Shown here piece by piece: positions 1 to 12,770 of a stretch of DNA of 64,000 nucleotides; the first letter of the stretch is position 1; each line of letters begins with the position of its first letter. The notes beneath the pieces were generated by a model. The model was given only the letters and a program-made list of their open reading frames with translations. It was not told where the DNA came from and searched no databases. The DNA is from Octopus sinensis (Eukaryota). The stretch lies in NCBI RefSeq assembly GCF_006345805.1, contig NC_043008.1, positions 74,462,001 to 74,526,000 of the forward strand. Direction: 5' to 3'. Both the position numbers and the translations under genes were made by a program.

Positions 1-343
1 TTTGATCGAACAAACCAACCACAGTAACTATCTTTTTAAGCCTGTTATTTATTTTGTCGGTTTTTTTGCTGAATTGCTAAGTTACGGGGATGTAAACACA
101 CCAACACTGGTTGTCAAGCGGTGGTGGGGAACAACCACTGACACAAATACACACTCGCATAGATAAATACATATATATACAATGGATTTCTTTCAGTTTC
201 CGTCTACCAAATCCACTCACAAGGCTTTGCTCGGCTCGAGGTTATGGTAAGAAGACACTTGCCTAAAGTGCCACATAGTGGGACTGAACCCAGAATCATG
301 TGACTGGGAAGCAAACTTCTTATCACCCAGCCACGCCTGCACC
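1..343 (-). mobile_element. SINE family A (tRNA/CORE-like head, internal microsatellite, LINE-like tail), cut off by the window start
   Basis: Reverse complement matches the copy at 34497-34938 (gacacttgcc..gtgccac..agtgggactgaaccc; ttcagtttccgtctaccaaatccactcacaagg; gctaagttacgggga). Confidence 0.85.
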
Positions 344-2774
344 TATATATACCTCTTAATGTATACAGTTATTTTACATAACGTTAATTTTACATTGTAA
401 TTGTACACATTAATTGTAAGTAGGAACTATGTGCGGTAACTATAGATGTTATTTGTATACAGCAATATGAATGGCATGGTTCAGCCAGAAATTGCACTTA
501 GTAGTGCTGTTAGATAATTGTGTACGCTGTAATCGCACACAGAAATTAGACTCAGAAAATTGTATACAATATTATTGCAGACAGAATTATAACTAAGGAA
601 TTGTAATTATTTACAGATATAACGTATAGCCAAAATTGTACATTAACTGCACTCCGTGATTGCACTCAATAATTGTACAGAACAGTGTTGCATAAATGTT
701 TTATACTCAGTAGTTTCTGCATGCAGCAATATTTACACTAACAATACATAGAAATATTTTTACTGGTTAATTTTACGCACTAGTTAATTATACTTCTTTT
801 CTAGCGCAGTGAATTTGCCTAATCGTCGGAGTATCGGCGTAAATGCATTATAGTATATGTTCTAGCCCTCTTATATCCAATTTCAAATCTTGCCAAAGTC
901 ACTTCTGCTTTTCGTTCGATAAAAATTTATGCATACCACAAATGCTTCTAGAAATTGCAAATATTCTATGCTTTGATACGCTCTGAAAATCTAAATTACA
1001 TCACGTGGCTTCTTATCTTCAATCATTTTAAACTCTACTCAATATTCCTTGAGTGATTCTATTACAAAAGAACACTTTACGTCACAAACTCATTTCTCTG
1101 AAAATTTAGGATTCACCGCAGATATCAGGCCCCAAATTTCTCGTTCATTGCTCGGTTTTCCTTTTCTGCTTCAATTATTTCTGTAAGGCAGTGCAGCAGA
1201 AACAGTTCTGCCGGAGACTTCAACAACGGAAGCCATTACGGTTAAATACTCGAATCATGAAACCTTTATATGAATAAATACCATTTAATAGGAAGCGTTT
1301 GGCGAGCTATGAAAGCAGTTACAGAATATTCCATTACATAATCTCCTGAAAGCTATGAATACATGTATAATTGATTATATATAAAGACCTCTTCTGCATA
1401 TACACACACACATGCAAACATACTTGAATTTATTTATGTATATAAACTGAAAAAATAATACTCAATTTCAGGTGTGTATATATATATATATAATACATAG
1501 ACACATACATATATACATGCATAACGTCACCTGCAATTTACTACGTCTGCCCTAAGCAATAATAACAAAACTGTATAAAATTATATTAGTAATTATTAAT
1601 ATTTTATTTCTAAATTTGATATCATGTTGTTTTTCACCTAATTGAGAAAAAAAAAGACTCGTTATATATTTACTTTCATTTTCCTACAGCCTCGACTTCA
1701 ACGCAAAATAGTCAACCTCACAGTACCAGCCATCACTAACCCTCCAGCTGCAGCGGCAAATAAAACTGTGTAATATTATAAAATTTTTCTCGGTTGGCCT
1801 ACAGTATTTCATTTCTTTATTCGTTTCATTTTAACTGCCTACTTTCTCTCTCATTTCAAATGCCTGCTTGCTATTTATTTTAATTTTGTTTTATTATCTT
1901 ATTTCAAAAATAGATTTTTCCTTGTATTTCTCTTCCACTCCGCTTCAAATACATACGGCAAGACAATTTCACATTGAAATTCTCTTATACGATGACCATT
2001 TCTTTATATATGGCTTTTTTTTTCTTGATTTCTATTTAACGCATTCAATAAGCCTGCGGGTAATCGAAAACTTTCTCTGTATTGATTCGTGAAATATTTT
2101 CCCCTCCGCCTCCAGCGACACATATGTTGTTACCTTTATTTTTATGATCATCATCATTCTTTTTTTTGTTTGTTTTCTAAATCCCAAACTATTTTTCAAT
2201 AAAACTACAGTACATTTTTTCTTTAACGTTTTACTTCAACATATTCTACTAAAAATTCCTTCATTTACACAGCGTTTTCTATAAAAGTAAACCTGGGCAG
2301 AAAGCATACCCTGTCGATAGCTGTGTGATATACAAATTAATTAATCTCCAAGAGTTTCGCTGTCAAATGAAGCTAAAGGACATTTTTTTCGTTTGCACTA
2401 TATCATATAAAGTAATCGCTTTTGTACGTGTACGCGGTTACAAATCTCGTAATTCCAATACCAAATCTATTGCAAAAAATATAACTAATTTTTAAGAAAA
2501 GGTTAATGAGCACATGTTACTTTTATTCAAAAATACAGGCCTTTGGCGCATTGACTTATACCCAAGTTCGATTTTCAATTATTGCTGTTTCATTTACTCT
2601 GAAATTTTCTCATGTAAGAAATCGATGTATCTACTTCTACTTATAAAATTTATAAAAAACGACAGTGGATGAAAATCCCTTTATGGATGCGTCTACCCAA
2701 AAAACTTTAAGAGAAGACAATTTTCTTTTAAAGTATATTTAACCTGTAATAATGATTTCACATTTTACCACAAT

Positions 2775-2950
2775 GCCATCAAGTCTGGCAGAAGGGGTAA
2801 GTCATTTAATTCAACTTATTTTATCGCTCGCGAAAGGAGAAAGAGGTAAAGTCGACCTCGGCGGAATCAGAACTCAGAACGTAAAGACAAACGAAAAGCT
2901 GCTAAACATTTTGCCCAGTGCGATAAAAATTCTGCGAGCTCGCCACCTTA
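2775..2950 (-). mobile_element. SINE family B (tRNA-derived)
   Basis: aaagtcgacctcggcggaat..gaactcagaacgtaaag is the reverse complement of the + strand family copies at 18186-18310 and 18450-18690. Confidence 0.8.
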
Positions 2951-3998
2951 AATCTAGTCTATAATAACGACAACTGTAGTGTTAATACTTTTGATTTGTA
3001 CTGAACTAAATGATGATTGAATGGCGTATCATTTCCAGTTTCTAGAAATTACATCAAGTGGGACACTTAGTCAAAGCAAGTGAATACGTGGAACGTACCA
3101 TGACAAAACTACATAACATTCGATGTGTTAAAAAATGCAGAAGTTATATGACTGTAACTTGCTAAACTAGTCTCTGCTTCCTTTAAACAGCAACATTCGT
3201 AAAAGTGGACTTAATACAACAATAATCCAAGAAGTCAGACACGGAAATAAAACAAACCTAAGATTTCCAAGTGTCATATAGAAAGTATTCACAATCTAAA
3301 TAAAGCAAATATTTCCATGTAACTGAATAAAAACCGACCATATAAACAAGCTTACCAAAATGCTTTCGACTATGTAAAAGTACCAGCAGTGATGACATCT
3401 AGTATATACCAAGATATAAATCTAGTATATGCCCCTATCTTAAAACTCTTGTATCTCCGTTCTACATCTCTCACTAGATTATACAAAAATTCGAGTTAAT
3501 TTCCACACCAACCGGAGGAAAAACGGAATATCTTATTTCCTCTAAGGTGCGTACAGTCTGCTTAGAAGTAGTGAGAGAAAGACGTAATAGGAACTAAAAT
3601 GGGCCGTGATTTTCTCACATAGTCGCGATTCGAAGACGACATATTACTGAGACCAAAAGGCTCGACCGAACCTTAAACTATATCAGAACAAGTCAATGCA
3701 GAACATTAAATAGCATGACTAATAATGAACTTTAAAAAAAGAAAGCTGAAACATGTCTAACGCGCAAGAATCTACGAGCTGCTGAAGAGGCGTCGCTTCA
3801 AATAGTTGACACTTTGATCTACATTATCCAATTTCTTACATGACCAAATTAAAACAGAAATAGTAGATGATAAATTGCCCGATATTCAAGTAGGTAAGTT
3901 CCATTTTAAAAGCAAAACGCTTTTAAGGCCTACATTTTAGGACTAAAATACAGATGTACTGCCAATACCTTATCCCAAATATTATTAATGATGCAAAC

Positions 3999-5464
3999 TT
4001 TTTATTATAATGGACGTTATGTCCGTCTGTCTGCTCTCTCTTCACAGTCAAACGGCTGGACCAATGGTCACGATATTTTGGGAGATTACGAAGGGGGTAA
4101 TCATAAAGTTTTTTAGCGAAAGAAATGTGAAAAATTATGATTATTTAGTGGATATTGAATTTTGTATTAATAAATCACCTTTGTTATTTTATTGTTAAAA
4201 TTCCGGCGACGAGGTTTGACTCCAGATTTCCACCCAGTATAGTTCGTGAAATTAGAGGGTTTATACTTGCGATACTATCTCTTCATTTCCCATCGTAGAT
4301 GGGCAGATTTGCTATCTTACTATAACTGGGAGTTAAGTGTGTCTCTCCATCTCTGTCTGTTCCCTCTTCACGACCAGACGGCTGGACCAATGGTTACGAT
4401 GTTTTTCGGTATTACAAAGACGGTCGTCAGGAAGGTTTTTAGTATAAAAAATCAGGAAGTATGATTATTTCGTAGATATTAATTTTTAATCGATAAGCCA
4501 CCTCCCTATTTTTATTAAAAACTCGCTAACCACGAGTAATTCTGGATTTTCATCGTATAGTTCGTGGCCCCAACGTAGATAGGGAAGGGGTCACGAGGAG
4601 GTTAATAGCGAAAATAAAATGAAAAAAGTATGTGTCAGTATATAGTGTGTGTGTGATTATTTAGTAGTTATCGAAATGTGTCAGTCTCGAACAGGATTCG
4701 AAACGGCTAATTGAAGCGACTGTTGTTTACATCTCAGTTTTGTCCATCAAAATAACCCATGGTAATAGAACATCCAGACATTATTTGCATTGAACAGTGA
4801 GAGATAAGTCTTAGTTTGATTTTTTTTTGTAACTCTAAAGATGCCGCTCGCGCATTCACGGCAAACAAATCACAAGGCCAGACTTTAGATCGTGTAGGTA
4901 CGTTTTTACCCACTCCGATGTTTACACACAGTCAGTTATACGTCGCTATGAGTAGAGCAACGGACTCCTGTAATTTGAAAATTAGTGTCGACCAAACAAA
5001 AATATCGTGTACAAAGAATTTTTGTAATCATATTGATATTATTGAAAGGAATATGATTCATAATTTAAATAGGGAAGTCTGGGAACTTTGAATGTATAAG
5101 AGCGTAAAATAGAGTAAACAACCAAAATAAAAGTATATCTAAATAACATTTTTTTTTTTTATAAATTTTATGTAGTGGTCGAAGGAACCTCTGCCTTTCG
5201 TTAGGAGTGGTCCACATAACCATTCATGATACAGAGGCTGGGAGCCTATTTCAGTTTGAGAGTTAATCATCATCACATGTCACTTAGTTGCAAACATATG
5301 TCATATAGCTGCTGTAGAATGCTGTATCACCGGCGATAATGTGATTTCTCTAAGGCATCACCCAGTAATCTATCAAGCCCATTTACACATTTCTCAATAC
5401 ATTCTGCTGTCATGACTTCCCTCCCTCATTTTATGCCTCCATCGTAGGTGGGTAGTTTTGCTAG
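3999..5464 (+). mobile_element. Two tandem Helitron-type remnants; the second carries a helicase fragment
   Basis: Two diverged ~250-bp units (ctgtctg..acggctggaccaatgg..acgat); 3' hairpins cccatc-gta-gatggg (4289-4303) followed by CTAT and ccatcgtaggtgg (5439-5451) followed by CTAG|T (5461-5465). Confidence 0.7.
4816..5091 (+). pseudogene. Helitron RepHel Pif1-like helicase C-terminal fragment
   Basis: Translation [35 protein letters not shown] matches the Pif1/Helitron motif [20 protein letters not shown]. Confidence 0.9.
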
Positions 5465-7285
5465 TATGAATAATCAGAAAAGACCTTACATGCAAGCAAT
5501 GAGCTGCTGAACAAACTTATGAATGCTTTATGCTTGGGATAAAGTAGGAAGGCTACAAGGTAATGAAACAGATCCAAGAAGAAACCGAAATTATATGGCT
5601 GGACACAAATAGGTTCTTTGAGATGGAATTGTCCTGGACGTGGCAGGTGACTATAGTTCGACAAAAAGGCTAACAGACTTTGTTCTAATGTTTCATTTAT
5701 CTCAACCGATTAGCTGATTTGAATGTACTTCTCCAGAAATGCACAATGAAACATATATATCTATATATTTAAACCGATTAATATTTCAAAAGCAACGTAT
5801 TCTCCCCCACTACCATTCAAATTGTATTAGTTAAATATAAATGACAACAACATTATTGTGTGTGATAATCAGATAGATTCATTGATCTTTCATGCTCTGA
5901 ATCTTTGTCCAGTGAATGATCATCCCTGTCGGTAATAAATGAACGAATGTACCTTCGACCATTTATTTATTTATTTATTTTTTCAAAACGGAAAACGTTT
6001 CCAGTGTAGTGAAACCTGAAAAATGGGAATGTAAACAAGATTTGTTTTGCTGAAAACATGTTTTCAATTCTGCCACACTTACCATTAGTCTGTTAGAATT
6101 TTTGAATAACAATTTTCTTTCTTTGAGGTATATCTACCGCAACTACTTCCTCTTCGTTTGTTCCAAATCGATACAGCAGCACTAAATCAATCGATATGGA
6201 TTAAATCGATACAATCGTACCAAGATAATATATTGCTATTATTTCCTATCGGTTTGATTAATGAGATTTTAAAAGTGACAGCTAGTACCAAACTAGCATA
6301 CGATATCAATCAAATTGGAATCGATGACTTTGATCAACTCGAAGCGTTCAATGGCTTCACATTAATCATGGAAGACTGTAGAACTGAAAAATACCGTCTT
6401 CAATCCATCAATAAATCTATTACGGCAACAATTCATGTCTATCAGACTTTCAAATTCAGGATTATGAATGCTTTCATATATATGTTAGAAACATGCTTTT
6501 GAACGTCTACGAAACGGGTTTTTCCACCTAAAATATGATATATGGGATTATCTTCTGTAATTCTAACAGACCGTCGTATGGTGTCGCATCAGAAGATATA
6601 ACAAAATGGATGTGTTTGTGCAGCTTTTTTTTAAGCTTAGAGTAGACTCTTCCCTATTCAATTATGACGAAATGCCAGGGAAAAGTGATTGACATTATCT
6701 CCCTTTATTACTAAGAATAAAAAAGAAGAAACTATTCCCGTGTCTATTTGTTAACAAATCAACAAATTTCAATGAAATAATCTGCTAAATGCTTTACATA
6801 TAACCTTGGTACAGCAACAGGTTGGCTCTTATAGAATCAAAACGCCAAGCAAAATAGGATTGTTAGTTGGTACACTTTCATATCACTAATACCATTAATC
6901 TTATTCTCTTCTTCCTCTAAAATATTTCTTACATCTAAATTTCAAAAGAAAAAATTCCAGTTGAAAACGGAAAATGGAAATTAGATATAAAATTTTGATC
7001 AAATTGTCAATCAAAATAAATTACCTTCTCTACTTCTCTCCCTACCCCCTCTCTCTCTCTACTTCTCTATCACTTTTCTCTTCTTTAATTTCCCTCTCTG
7101 TCTCTCTTCCGTACGCTCTTCTTCTTTCCGTTCCTCTCTCATTCTCTTTTTCATTCTCTTTCTGCATTTCTGTATTACTTAACTGGCTCTTTCTTTAATT
7201 CACGGGCAAGATCATTCTGGAACACAATCTGGTATGATACCTAATAAAGGTACCCAATTAGTTCATTGTTTACTTCAAGTTTATA

Positions 7286-7322
7286 TCTACTGCTGCATAT
7301 ATATATATATAATATATATATA

Positions 7323-7362
<40 letters not shown>

Positions 7363-7405
7363 TATATATATATGTATATGTATGTATGTATGTATATATA
7401 TATAT
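7286..7405. repeat. (TA)n/(TATG)n microsatellite
   Basis: Direct reading. Confidence 0.95.
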
Positions 7406-8134
7406 AAAGAAATTGGACATATCTTTCTTTAAGCATATAGTAACTTAAATATGCATTTAAGTGCGTATGCATGTATGTAAATGTGTGTACGTGCCTGCGC
7501 GCGTGTGTGTGGAGTTGACGGTGTAAAAGCCGACATAGGTGCAGTGATGAAAGAGAAAAGGGAGTGTGAGAAAATGTTAGATATGAGAGTGAAACAATTT
7601 TCTAAAATATAGCAGGTGAGTAACATACACGGAAAGATATACATGTGTATAATATACTTAACGTATGTGTATTGTTGAAACTCCAGAAGTTGCAGTTTTC
7701 AACTGGAAAAGTTCCTTTATAGACGTAATGTGTTAAAAGTCATAATATGGCACAGGATTAGGTGAGTCGAATTTGCCTCGAAAGTGACTGCGTGAGCGAC
7801 AAATGAGCATTTTGCCGTTATTACGGCTTGTTAATGTCACATATTCGGACGAAAATTTAATTGCTGCACTTGACTTTTCAACGATACACATGCGTTAAGA
7901 ATGGATGATTAGATTTACCTTTGCATAGCTTCCTTCCAATGACAAGGTTCTGCAATTATGATGCCCTTAAGTGGAACTGGTTAATGTATCACACATATAT
8001 GTTAACACAAGCCTTTATTTTCCTACTGTTTAATAACATCTGTCTATGTATCTCGTTAAAGCAACGTCTGTTACGCAAGTTTTCTTCTCAGTATGTGTAT
8101 ACAAAAGCAGTAAATTAAGGGATATATATACATG

Positions 8135-9035
8135 CGAGGGAGCACCCAAAAGAAACCGGAATTTTGCAATATTATTTGTTTCACTTTTTTTTTTACATGT
8201 TTACACTTTTATCGCCTTCAACGTATTTTCAGTTTAAAGCAATGCATCGGTCCAGACATGTTTTCCACTGTTCGAAGCAGTACTAGAAATCTTGCAAAAT
8301 GATGTCTATTAACACCATCGTAGTTTTTTTCTTCACCTCTTCCACATCTGCAAATTCCGTAGCAGCAGTTCTCACCACCAGTGATGACTTTCAGAAACGG
8401 TCCTGATCAAATTCCAACTGCTCTTTCAGTTTACGACACGCATTCAGTCGTGACTACTTTTGATCTTCCGTAAGCAAGCGAGTCACAAATTTGGCTGCAA
8501 CACGTTTCATTCGCAATTCCCCGCTCAAATTAGTTCGCTGGAGTAACTGGATACACCAGTCATCTCAACAAATTCGTCAATTGTTCGGCGACAGATCAGT
8601 TCATGAATTGTCATGATGTTTTCATTCGTTCGGGAGGTCGACGGTGAAACTGAGCGAGTTTGGTCTTCAAGTGGCAAGTGACCATTCCTAAAGTGTGAAC
8701 ACCTCTCATAAACTTGTGTTTTCCTCATGGGAGCATCCTTGTAAGATATTTGAAGCATGACAAGTGTTTCGGATGCCGTTTCCCACCCCCCAGCAAAATA
8801 TAGAAATTCACGGCAGCGCGCTGTTCCTTCACTTCAGTCATCACAAAAATCAACGAACAGGGGAGAGGCACTGCAAAACAAAGACGCACCATGTGTCAGT
8901 ACGACTTCATCCAACGATGCTGGTCGGCAGACTGATGTATGAGGGTCACATCAAGTGGCTTCGAACGGTAGAAACCTAAACTACAATTGGCTTGCTCCAC
9001 AGAGAAAGTTTCCGGTTACTTTGAGTAGCTCCTCG
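8135..9035 (-). mobile_element. Internally deleted mariner transposon
   Basis: Imperfect TIRs cgagggagcacccaaaagaaaccgga and rc cgaggagctactcaaagtaaccgga with TA on the right; minus-strand ORF 8525-8758 gives the mariner HTH region (KTQVYERCSHFRNG..EDQTRSVSPSTSRTNENI). Confidence 0.85.
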
Positions 9036-9279
9036 TATATAGCATATATATATAGCGTACTGTTCCGGATGGTAAGACCAAGAAAAAACAAGTACTCCAT
9101 TTACAGAGAGACATAAATATTATTTAATAAACACAATATATGTTCTTTTATGTGCTACTATTAGTTTCATGTACAGAGAGCATGCTAAACAGTGTTATTA
9201 ACACATCTGGTGTCCTAGCAAAATAATCAAACTCTGCCTACATGACATAAGGAACTATTCTCAGTTCGTTATATATGTA

Positions 9280-9532
9280 GTATGTGTGTGAGAATGTGTG
9301 TGCACGTGTGTGTGTGTGTGTCTTTCTGTCTGAGTTTGTCCCCTTCAACCGCTTAACAACAAAGGGGATGCAACACGTATGTTGCATCCTCTTAACTTAG
9401 CGGTCCGGCAAAAAACTCGATAGAATAAGTATCAACCTTTAAAAAATCCTGGGGTCGATTCATTCGACTAAAAGTTCAAGGCCGTGCCCCAGCGTGGCTG
9501 CAGTCTAATGACTGAAACAAGTAAAAGATAAA
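9280..9532 (+). mobile_element. SINE family A 3' half
   Basis: aacttagcggtccggcaaaa..gatagaataagta..cctggggtcgattcattcgactaaa..cagtctaatgactgaaacaagtaaaaga matches 34780-34938. Confidence 0.85.
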
Positions 9533-9559
9533 AGACTATATAAATAAATAAATAAATAA

Positions 9560-9616
<57 letters not shown>

Positions 9617-9643
9617 GCACGTGCAATGTCTAATCAATAAGTA

Positions 9644-10481
9644 TCAGGCCTGTTGCCGTAGTAACGAAGCTAAACCATGCAGAATGAAGCCGCTTTACAA
9701 AGATCGACCTTGCACTCTGCTGTCTGCTGTGCATACGCACTAAGTTTCAGCATTCTAGCCCACTTCCCCTGTTTACAGCAGTGCTAGGAAAGAAGGTGAG
9801 TAGCCTGCGATCGTCGCATTGACTATGACAGAGTAAGATGTCATGGCAATACCTGCTCAGAGGCCGATTCAAAGCTGCAGAAAGTGTATGGAGGGGAGTG
9901 TATGAGCCGCACACAAGTTTACGAGTGGTTCAGACGTTTCCAAGATGGCCAAAAAATGTTGATATTGACAAACGTTGTCAGAGACCCGCAACAAGCAGAA
10001 GTGAGAAAAATATCGCAGTTATGCGTGCAGCTGTGAGGGGAAATCGCCGAATCATTATCCATGAGTTGTCAGAGGATGTGCAGATTAGTTATGGTTCAGT
10101 TCAGTCCATTATCACTGAAGATTTGGGCATAAGACGCGTGTCTGTAATATTGTGTCAAAACTGCTTTCAGTTGACCAAAAAGATACTCGGCTTTCAGTTG
10201 CAGATCTTGATTACGTCGTGAACGATGAACATTTTTGAAACCTTTGCGTAGGCCTTTGAACAGGTATCACCAACCTTTTGGCAAAACGTTGACGCAGATT
10301 CTCTGCTATGCTCAATGCGACGATCGCACGCTACACACATTCCTTCCAAGCACTGCTGTCAACAGCGGAAGTAAGCTAGAATATTTAAACTTAGTGTGTA
10401 TACACAGCAGAATTCAAGGACAATCTGTGCCAAGCAGGTTTACGTTGTGCTCTATCTTCGTTACTATGGCAACACTTTGGA
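9644..10481 (+). mobile_element. Internally deleted mariner transposon (second lineage)
   Basis: Inverted terminal motif tgttgcc(g/a)tagtaacgaag with TA at both ends; ORF 9838-10221 RPATSRSEKNIAVMRAAVRGNRRIIIHELSEDVQISYGSVQSIITEDLGIRRVS is the mariner second HTH. Confidence 0.85.
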
Positions 10482-10499
10482 TACTTATTAATCAGACCA

Positions 10500-10646
10500 C
10501 ATATATGTTTATATTTATACATATTTACATATATATATATATGTGTGTGTGTGTGTGTATGTATGTATATATATATATTTATATATGTATTTATATATAT
10601 ATACACACACACAAATATACATGTGTATGTATGTATATATATATAT

Positions 10647-10742
<96 letters not shown>

Positions 10743-10750
10743 ATATATAT
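10500..10750. repeat. Compound (TA)n/(TG)n microsatellite
   Basis: Direct reading; explains the YIYI-type ORFs. Confidence 0.95.
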
Positions 10751-11279
10751 GAAACAGCCTCACTCTCGAAAACGACATGAGACAGCAATAAAAGGGAACA
10801 CTTTATCATCGCTTTTGTTGTTGCCGTTATTGTTGCAGTTATTTTTATTGTTGTAATTGTTATATTACTGTTGTAGTGATTGTTGTAGTTGTTTACGTCT
10901 TGCTATAATTTCACAAAATGTTATGTATTTTTGTTTTTTCCACATCACTTTCTTTTTTTCTTTCCTTAAATCCCTACTCTCTAAGCTCTTCACGTTAACA
11001 CTTCTATTAACGATTCCGTTTAATAATATTTCACATTTTAGTTTTATTTTCGATTCACCACATTAAATCAATGACCAATTTCTTCTTTTCTTTCATTCAA
11101 CTCTTTTATTTATTTGTTTATTCATATATTTATTTATTTAAGTATTTATTCATTTATTTATTTATATATGTATTTATTTCGCTCTTCCTTCATCTTTTCA
11201 TTTTTCGTTTTTTTTTTGTTTGTTAAATGATTTATTCCTTTTTGTTAATGATGTATATGCATGTGGTGGTGGAGTAAGT

Positions 11280-11402
11280 ATGTATATTATATTATACATA
11301 TATGTATACACACTCACATACATATATATTTACATATTACATTACACTTATATTTATACACGTATACATACATACATACATACTCACACACACACACATA
11401 CT

Positions 11403-11476
<74 letters not shown>

Positions 11477-11566
11477 ATACATACACGCTCCCACGCATAC
11501 ATACATACATACATGCACACACATACATATATCCATATATTTACGTGTGTGTGTGTGTGTGTGTGA
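11280..11566. repeat. Compound (CA)n/(TA)n/(TG)n microsatellite
   Basis: Direct reading. Confidence 0.95.
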
Positions 11567-12229
11567 CACTAGGTATGAGATATCGATTAGTTTTCAGAAA
11601 TTTCTAAAAGAATAAAATGAAAGTGGGGGAGAAGGGAAATCGTGGTGAGGAAATGGGACAGGGTGTCGGGGTTGATGTAAATGAGTGTATAGGAGTGGTG
11701 AAGGGTACTAAAACAATTATTAGAAGATGGGTTACAGATAATATTTTTCTGTGAAAAATTTGGTAGCTAACTATAAAATTCTATGTGAAGTTAGTCATTG
11801 GCCGGCAGTTAAGTTGTGTAATTTGATGAAGAACGGGTCATGAATATTTATAGAAGGGCCCTGTTGCTCTATAAATGTATCAACATTTTAATATATTCTG
11901 TGACGGCATTTGCATTGTTGTGGTACAGCTTTCTAAATGGATTCATCACGTTTACTATGGAGATATATACCCAACATTAATTGGTGCGTATAATTTCATT
12001 GGATTAATTCCATCATTATCACTATATCTTCTTTATCCTCATTACCATCATTAATCTCAGCAACAGCAGCAGTAGTAGCATAAAACATCGTTTTCATCGG
12101 CAACTTTACAATCATCACTATCATAATCATCATAGGCAGCACCTACCCGAGTAACGAACATGTTCATTGCCGAACCTTCCCATTCTCATTTCTCCTCCTG
12201 CTCCACATCAACATCATCAACAGCAGGAG

Positions 12230-12494
12230 CTAGAGCACATTATTATCAACATTGTGGTCGCCGTCATCATCTTCACCATCCGCATCCTCATCCTCCTTCT
12301 CCTTCTCATCATTATCAATCACCTCCTCCATCTTCTACCACTTTCTGTTTCCTACTCCCCTCCCTTCTCTTTCTCTTCCTTCTCCTCTTCCACTTCTTTC
12401 TTCTCTTCTACCTCCTTCTCCTCCTTCTTCTTCTTCTACTTCCCCCCTTCTTCTACGTCTCCTCCTTCTTCTTCTCTTCCGCCTCCTTCTCATG

Positions 12495-12543
<49 letters not shown>

Positions 12544-12616
12544 CACCACCACTACCACTACTACAACAACAACTACTAGTACTACTACCACCACCACCAC
12601 CACTACTACTACAACA

Positions 12617-12666
<50 letters not shown>

Positions 12667-12730
12667 GTTTTTCTCTCTTACTACGTTTTTATTTCTTTCC
12701 GCTATCCTCATCATCGTCATCATCATCCGT
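12230..12730. repeat. Compound trinucleotide array (CAT, CCT, TCT, CTA, CCA, CAA)
   Basis: Direct reading; explains the poly-T/Y/L/V ORFs. Confidence 0.95.
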
Positions 12731-12770
12731 ATAATCATGCATGTATATACGAGTATATAACGCTAAAATA

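Noticed and set aside
1690-1773. Good acceptor (ttcattttcctacag) followed by PRLQRKIVNLTVPAITNPPAAAANKTV*
   Set aside because: Short, no recognisable homology, and no partner exon in the window.
6083-6502. 114-aa + strand ORF, repeated atcgat sites, and a minus-strand donor at ~6082
   Set aside because: No recognisable motif; all minus-strand frames near the donor contain stops.
7700-7990. Possible Tc1/mariner catalytic remnant (RVEFA- and SDE-like words)
   Set aside because: Too degenerate, and no termini found.
10235-12760. Long ORFs of 100-197 aa (poly-YI, HT, T, L, V)
   Set aside because: They are translations of stop-free microsatellites. The same applies to similar ORFs at 19801, 21808, 43174, 45667, 48487-49122 and 58916.
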